This document shows positions 58,715-64,000 of a stretch of 64,000 bases of DNA, piece by piece. The first letter of the stretch is position 1, and the number at the start of each line of letters is the position of its first letter. Under the pieces are notes generated by a model. That model was given only the letters and a program-made list of their open reading frames with translations. It ran no database searches and had not been told where the DNA came from. The translations under genes were made by a program, and so were the position numbers. The stretch comes from Guillardia theta CCMP2712 (Eukaryota > Protista > Cryptophyta). Location of the stretch: assembly GCF_000315625.1 (NCBI RefSeq), contig NW_005434651.1, positions 145,115 to 209,114 of the forward strand, given 5' to 3'.

Positions 58715-61284
58715 TCATTTCTGCTTCCACCCGCACAGTTCTGCTCCACTCGCATCCCTCCGCCTCTCCTGCCCCCTGTCTCCTTCTTCTCGAGGCCATG
58801 CTCCCTTGCAGCTGGGAATGGATATCCAGGGGCCTGAAATTTGTGGCAGGGTCCCTCCTTTAGGTGGAACCTTGCAGCTTTTTACCTTAGCATCAATTAG
58901 AGAAACGTCGGACATCAGTGGGTAGGGATGTATACGGGCCACCGATAGTGACATGAACAATTCAACTCGATCCGGCAAAAATCTTTTGAAACTGTTTAAA
59001 GGATAATTGCATAGATAAAAGCAGGACTGAGTCACGGACACTGGCAAGTCGTTCCGAGGCTTCTCAATGGTACGGTCCTGTCGGACGGTGTCATCAGGCA
59101 GCTTCAACATGTGAACAGGGCTGATCTGTTCTCTTCTAGCATCTCCTGTGAAGTTCGAGCCTCAGATGTGAAGAAACTCAGTCACTGGGTTTATCCTACC
59201 GGAGGCAGGAGGTCCATCAGCGCTTTTCTCACAGCATCCTTGTTAGAGAACATGGGCATGAGCCTAGAGAAAGAATGAATGGAGGGATGACGCAGACGGA
59301 GCCGAGGCCAAGATAGAGGTAAACTTACAGCTCACAGTAGGTAGCGTTGCGCCCAAGGTTGTTCCCGAAGATCTGACAAGCGATGTAGAAGGGAGGAGTG
59401 AGCAGCTGAGAAAGAGGATCATCCACGAGAAGAGCAGGCGACAGCAAGAGACAAGACCTTACGGCCATAAAAACTTCTGCACTTCTTACGCTTTACCCAT
59501 GGTGCAGAATCGAAGATTTCATAGTTGCAAGATCTCGTCCTCCAGTCCAACTGTGAGAGGTCATTGCCTGAGCAGCAGCTTGTCCGTCCCTGCAGCCCCA
59601 TGGCAAAGAGTTTCTGCGGCAGCTCTGCTTCGAAAGCCTTTCTCGCGCTCTCGTAGTGTTGTTTGTCGATGTAGCCTAGCCACGTGAGTGACAAGTCTGT
59701 AGCTGAGAGACAACAAGCTCCCACCTAGAGTCCAGCTCAACATAAACCTTCTTGCGCGCGCGTTCAACGAGTTCAGAAGCCTCCAGAACCATTCCATGAT
59801 CTGCAAGAGGTTCAGCCAACCGAAGAGGAGAGGGAACGAGAGTATGCGGGAAGCTGATGCAAGAAGAGGGAGGGGGGAGCAATCAAACAGATTCAAGGAA
59901 GGGATGGGAGGACTGGAAGACGTGAGCAACACGCATCGTCGAGGAGAAAGAGCAGAAGGATGAGCTAGTGATCTCCCACTGGTTCGCTGTCGGAGAAGAC
60001 GAAGTAATGGGTTGAAGATCGGAGTGAGTCAATATCGATGACAGGGAAGCCTTGAACGACTTGCTGAATCTGTCGGAGCCATGTCATGAGCAAGAAAGAG
60101 CATATCAAGTCGAATTACACCTCTAGGCCGCTCAAGGCTGATAGAGTACCAGAAGGTATGATGTCAAAGACAGCATCAGCGACTGAAGACTCGAAGGAGG
60201 TATGGGAGGGAAGAGAGGATTCTTGATCGAAGGATGAATTTTCTCTGCAGCTTGGTGACAACTCTGCAACCTCGTTGCTGTCGGCGACGTTGTCTTCCCC
60301 CAACGATACTGTTCTCTTAACCTCTCCAGCTAGGAGTTTGCACAATTTGATGTCCAGACGGATTCCCAAAGGTATCTGGTTGATGATGGAAAATCCGATC
60401 AATTTACCAAGGATACAAGCGGTGTCATTCTGCAGCAAGAGATCAACAGGGTTAAACGTGGGGCTCCAGGCTTACAGTCCCAGCTGTGGGGGTGTCTTGG
60501 TTAGATGAAGCTGTTTCATCGCCTGCTGAATCTTTATCCTCCACATCTCATCATGCTTGCACATACCAGCAAGAGATTGTGCTATCCAAGAGGCCCCATC
60601 CAACCTCTCCCAGCATCTGCTTTCTTCGGAACCTGAAACACTTGGTCACAAGACACAGCAGGCAACCAGATCGATGCCCGAACTACCGTGGCCCTGACTC
60701 TCACAGCGAGGAGGAGCCTCTTCCGTATTGCTAGAAACCAGCACGAAGCTATTCTGTTCCTCTGCACTTTGTGATCCTCGTGGCGCTTGACACGCGCATG
60801 ACGGGCGACACGAAAGCGCTCCCGTAGCCACAGTGGTTGCAATGTCGATGTTCCCCGGAACAGCGAAATGCAAGGATTGGCATTCCAAGATCTGATCGGC
60901 AGCTCTTGCAGGTCTCATCCTGTCCACAAACAGCTCCATTTTGGGGCAAAAGAGATGCTTGTAACGCGCCATGTTCTGCTCTCGAACCCATTCCAGTCGT
61001 GCTCTCAAGCTCCATCTCTGATCATGGGGCGTCAAGATGCTAGAAAAGGGAACAAGGGGACTCACATCAGCGGGAAAGGCATAACACATGATGGAGAAGA
61101 CAAGATCATGATCCCCTGCCACTGCTGATGCCGTGCTATCCTGAATAAAAAATCTCGTCAACCTCCGAGCAAAGGATTACAGTTTTGGTTTGTAAATACC
61201 TTGCCCAGACGATCATGACTTGCCATTGCAAAGGCGAAGGCGACATCTGTACAATGGTCGGAATTGATGGTGAAGTCTTAGCAT
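58715..61284 (-). CDS. Divergent HECT-type E3 ubiquitin ligase (spliced, possibly degenerate)
   Basis: Colinear HECT-like motifs: KMELFVDR..DQILE (N-lobe start), ILGKLIGFSIINQIPLGIRLDIKLCKLL, IMEWFWRLLNSLNARARRFMLSWTLG (C-lobe), DLPVSVTQSCFYL (catalytic Cys region). Confidence 0.6.
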
Positions 61285-61765
61285 CTCACCTTGCAACCAT
61301 GGCAACGTAGGCATCTTCCTGCTGTTCTAATGCTCCGGCATCTGCTACTTTCGGACTGTCATATCTATCTTACTTTATCATCCTCGATCTGTCCCAACGA
61401 CCTTGTATCCTTTATCGTTCTTCCTTCCATAACTTCCTCCCATGCCCTCTCTGGCCTCCCTTCCTCCCTGCCTGCCTTCCCGCTCCCTCCCAGCCCATTA
61501 TGGAGATTGAAGAGCTTGATCTTTTAGTTAATGAATTTCACAAGAACTCACCTCAGCGTACGCATAACCCACTGGAAAAGGCAGCAACAAATACCTACAG
61601 ACAAGACTATGAAGGCTACAACAACCTTGGACGGGGTGAGTTTGGAGGAGGAACAAGGTCGACAACTCGCACCCTTAAGAGTCTCTGCTACTTTGCTCCG
61701 GTGAGCCCTTTCAGTCATTGAATACTTCAAGTGAAGGTAGGTAGGCAGGAGGAGAAGGCACTGCG

Positions 61766-61868
61766 GCAGGCAGTAAGGAGGAGAAGGCAGCAGGCAGTAA
61801 GGAGGAGAAGGCAGCAGGCAGTAAGGAGGAGAAGGCAGCAGCCAGCAAGCAGGAGAAGGCAGCAGGCA
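61766..61868. repeat. 24-bp minisatellite GCAGGCAGTAAGGAGGAGAAGGCA, about 4 copies
   Basis: Read directly from the sequence. Confidence 0.85.
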
Positions 61869-61960
61869 ACAAGGACTCGCTGGTATCATTTCATTCAGCT
61901 GCAAAAACTCGGGGTGACATTCAGTTCATTCGCACAGAGCCAACATTCGACTCTCAGCGT

Positions 61961-62700
61961 TCACGTGACATCCATTCGGAAACCGACGGTCTTTGTTTCG
62001 AACCCCAGGCGAGATGCTAAAGATTGTGACCGAAAAGAAGGCGAAAGGAATGGAGAGTTTGCTGTCGATTCCTTCGTCCCATCATGATTTCCCACGCCGT
62101 CATACATCTCTGCAAGCTTGGTATCTACTTCAACGTGGCTGAGCAGCCTGCTGCATGGACAAATATTAGGCACACAGAAGCATAACCAAGAAACAGACAA
62201 ACCTCCTTCTCCTGCTCTGTAATTCCTGAAACAATCTTAATATGAACAATTAATTTCTTGGTACAATGAATCACCTTTTGCCTCAGCTCCGATTCCTCGC
62301 GCTTTTTCCTCTCTAGCAAGACTTGCTGTAGCCTCCTTTCCTCCTCTTTCCTCCGCCGCCGCTCTACCGCATGAAGTCTGATAAGATCTTGTGTGCGAAT
62401 AACTTCTTTCACTCTTTCTGAGACTTTGTCGTTCATGATGAAGCTTGTGGCTGAGGAGATGCGCGGCCTGAAGTTGAGACTGGACGAAAACGCCTTGTTT
62501 TCGGAGGATTGCCACGAGTGCGAGCTCCTCTTCGCTCCCCTCGAGGCTGTTTTCCTCTGCGAATGCTGCTTGGATTCAGAACAGGAAAAGGAGCACAGGG
62601 AGCTTTACCTCGCCCATCTCGTCGGACGAACTCATCGAGCTCAACCTGACAAAGGAGTGACATTCTGCCGAGTTGCAAAGCTCGCAATTACAACTGAGGC
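61961..62700 (-). CDS. Hypothetical charged/coiled-coil protein exons
   Basis: HAVERRRRKEEERRLQQVLLERKKREESELRQK; intron-like boundary at about 62190. Confidence 0.35.
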
Positions 62701-64000
62701 GAGCTATAGGCTTTGCTGAATCGAAGACCTTCGAGCGGCGTCCTTCTCAAGTAAGGAACATCAGAGATGGAGCGCATCCCTTCAAAGTAAACATCACGCT
62801 ACTTCAATGGTATTTCAGGCATGAACAATACCAGACATGCCATCAGGAACATAAACCGAAGATGCCGTCGAGCTTGATTCAGATTCATTCTGAGCATCGA
62901 GTTTACGCTAGTGGGAACACCCATGATTGTTCAAACCTTGGTTTCATTGCCCCCAGGATGCATGCTTCGGCTTGAGGAGCTGTTTTGCATGTAAGTTGTG
63001 ATGGCGTGCTAGTTTTGAGTGTACTTCATATGCTTGATGTTGTCGACCTGCTTGCTTTGTTCACCTTTGATCTTGTTTCTTCTATCATCGATGACAAGCT
63101 TCATTCCCCACACCTCTTCACTGGTTTGGCTCCTACATGTGCCGTCTGTGGCACTGATACCAACCACCACTGCCAGTGGCAAACTGCTCTCAAGAGGTCA
63201 GTACAAATAACACAAGGAATCTAATCAACTTCTATCATTTCTCAACGGAGAATCATTAACATTGCAGGGAACTAGATCATGGATTGCATCGTTGACGTTG
63301 GCAAGAAAGATTCTACCCTTTGTGGATGTTTTTGTACTTGTTCTTTGGTAGCATACACGAAATCTGAGCTAGAAACGCAGCTATGATCAAACTTGGTCGA
63401 GATAAATTCTCCCTCCCTTCCTGTCATCTCAATTCTTGCTCTCCTGTTGTATTGAAATCTCTTGATTGCTTTCCGACATTTCGGTCCTCAGTTCCAGCGG
63501 TCCCCCCACCCCCATTTTTCACCTATTGCAACCAATACCGGTCCTCTGCCCTTGAGTGGAACCACCCATCATAACCTCCCACCTCTCCAACGCACTTCCC
63601 CTGACTACCCTCTGTCAAAAGGAACCCCCTCGCTCAAATTTCACCCTACCCTTTCCCCGTGAGATCGTCTAGGATGTGGGTGGGGGTAGTACGGTCAGCC
63701 GGGGTCCGACGAGCAAGGGGGGTCGTCCTATCACCATTCGGGTTTACTACACCCATCGAGTCAGCCCAGCCCACCCCTACCGTACCCCCCCCAGTGACAG
63801 GGCGAGTAACTTCACGGAGGACCCTACCCCAGCACTTCCAAACTTTATCGGCCCAATTTGGCCCTACCCAGCCTGGCCCTAGAAGCAAACTACCCCTACC
63901 ACCCCATTTACAAGAGGAGGTACCCCAGGACTGATAGAAGGAATGTTAACTTAAATGGGGCCCGTGGGAGGTTGACTTCCGAATTAGCAGGTTCATTGGG

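Overview
Gene-dense eukaryotic DNA with many very short introns, often filled with (CCT)n/(GGA)n/(CCCT)n microsatellites. The style resembles a cryptophyte alga (Guillardia/Hanusia-like); this is inference. No rRNA, tRNA, CRISPR array or clear transposase was seen. Recognisable genes: a PIH1/kintoun-like protein, an Sfi1-repeat protein, a PDZ/C2 membrane protein, TRM5, a bHLH-PAS-like factor, a SNF2-family remodeller with PHD and bromodomain-like modules, a degenerate HECT E3 ligase, and several signal-peptide hypothetical proteins. The stand-out is an uninterrupted 7.5-kb ORF (28507-35985, minus). It encodes a 2492-aa ROCO protein: TM anchor, two IQ-like motifs, LRRs, Roc GTPase, tandem Zn fingers, COR, a bacterial-type Ser/Thr kinase, a CHAT (caspase-like) protease domain with both His and Cys motifs, and an unknown C-terminal domain. 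It is a candidate one-protein sensor-to-executioner (immune or cell-death) system. Boundaries of spliced genes are approximate.
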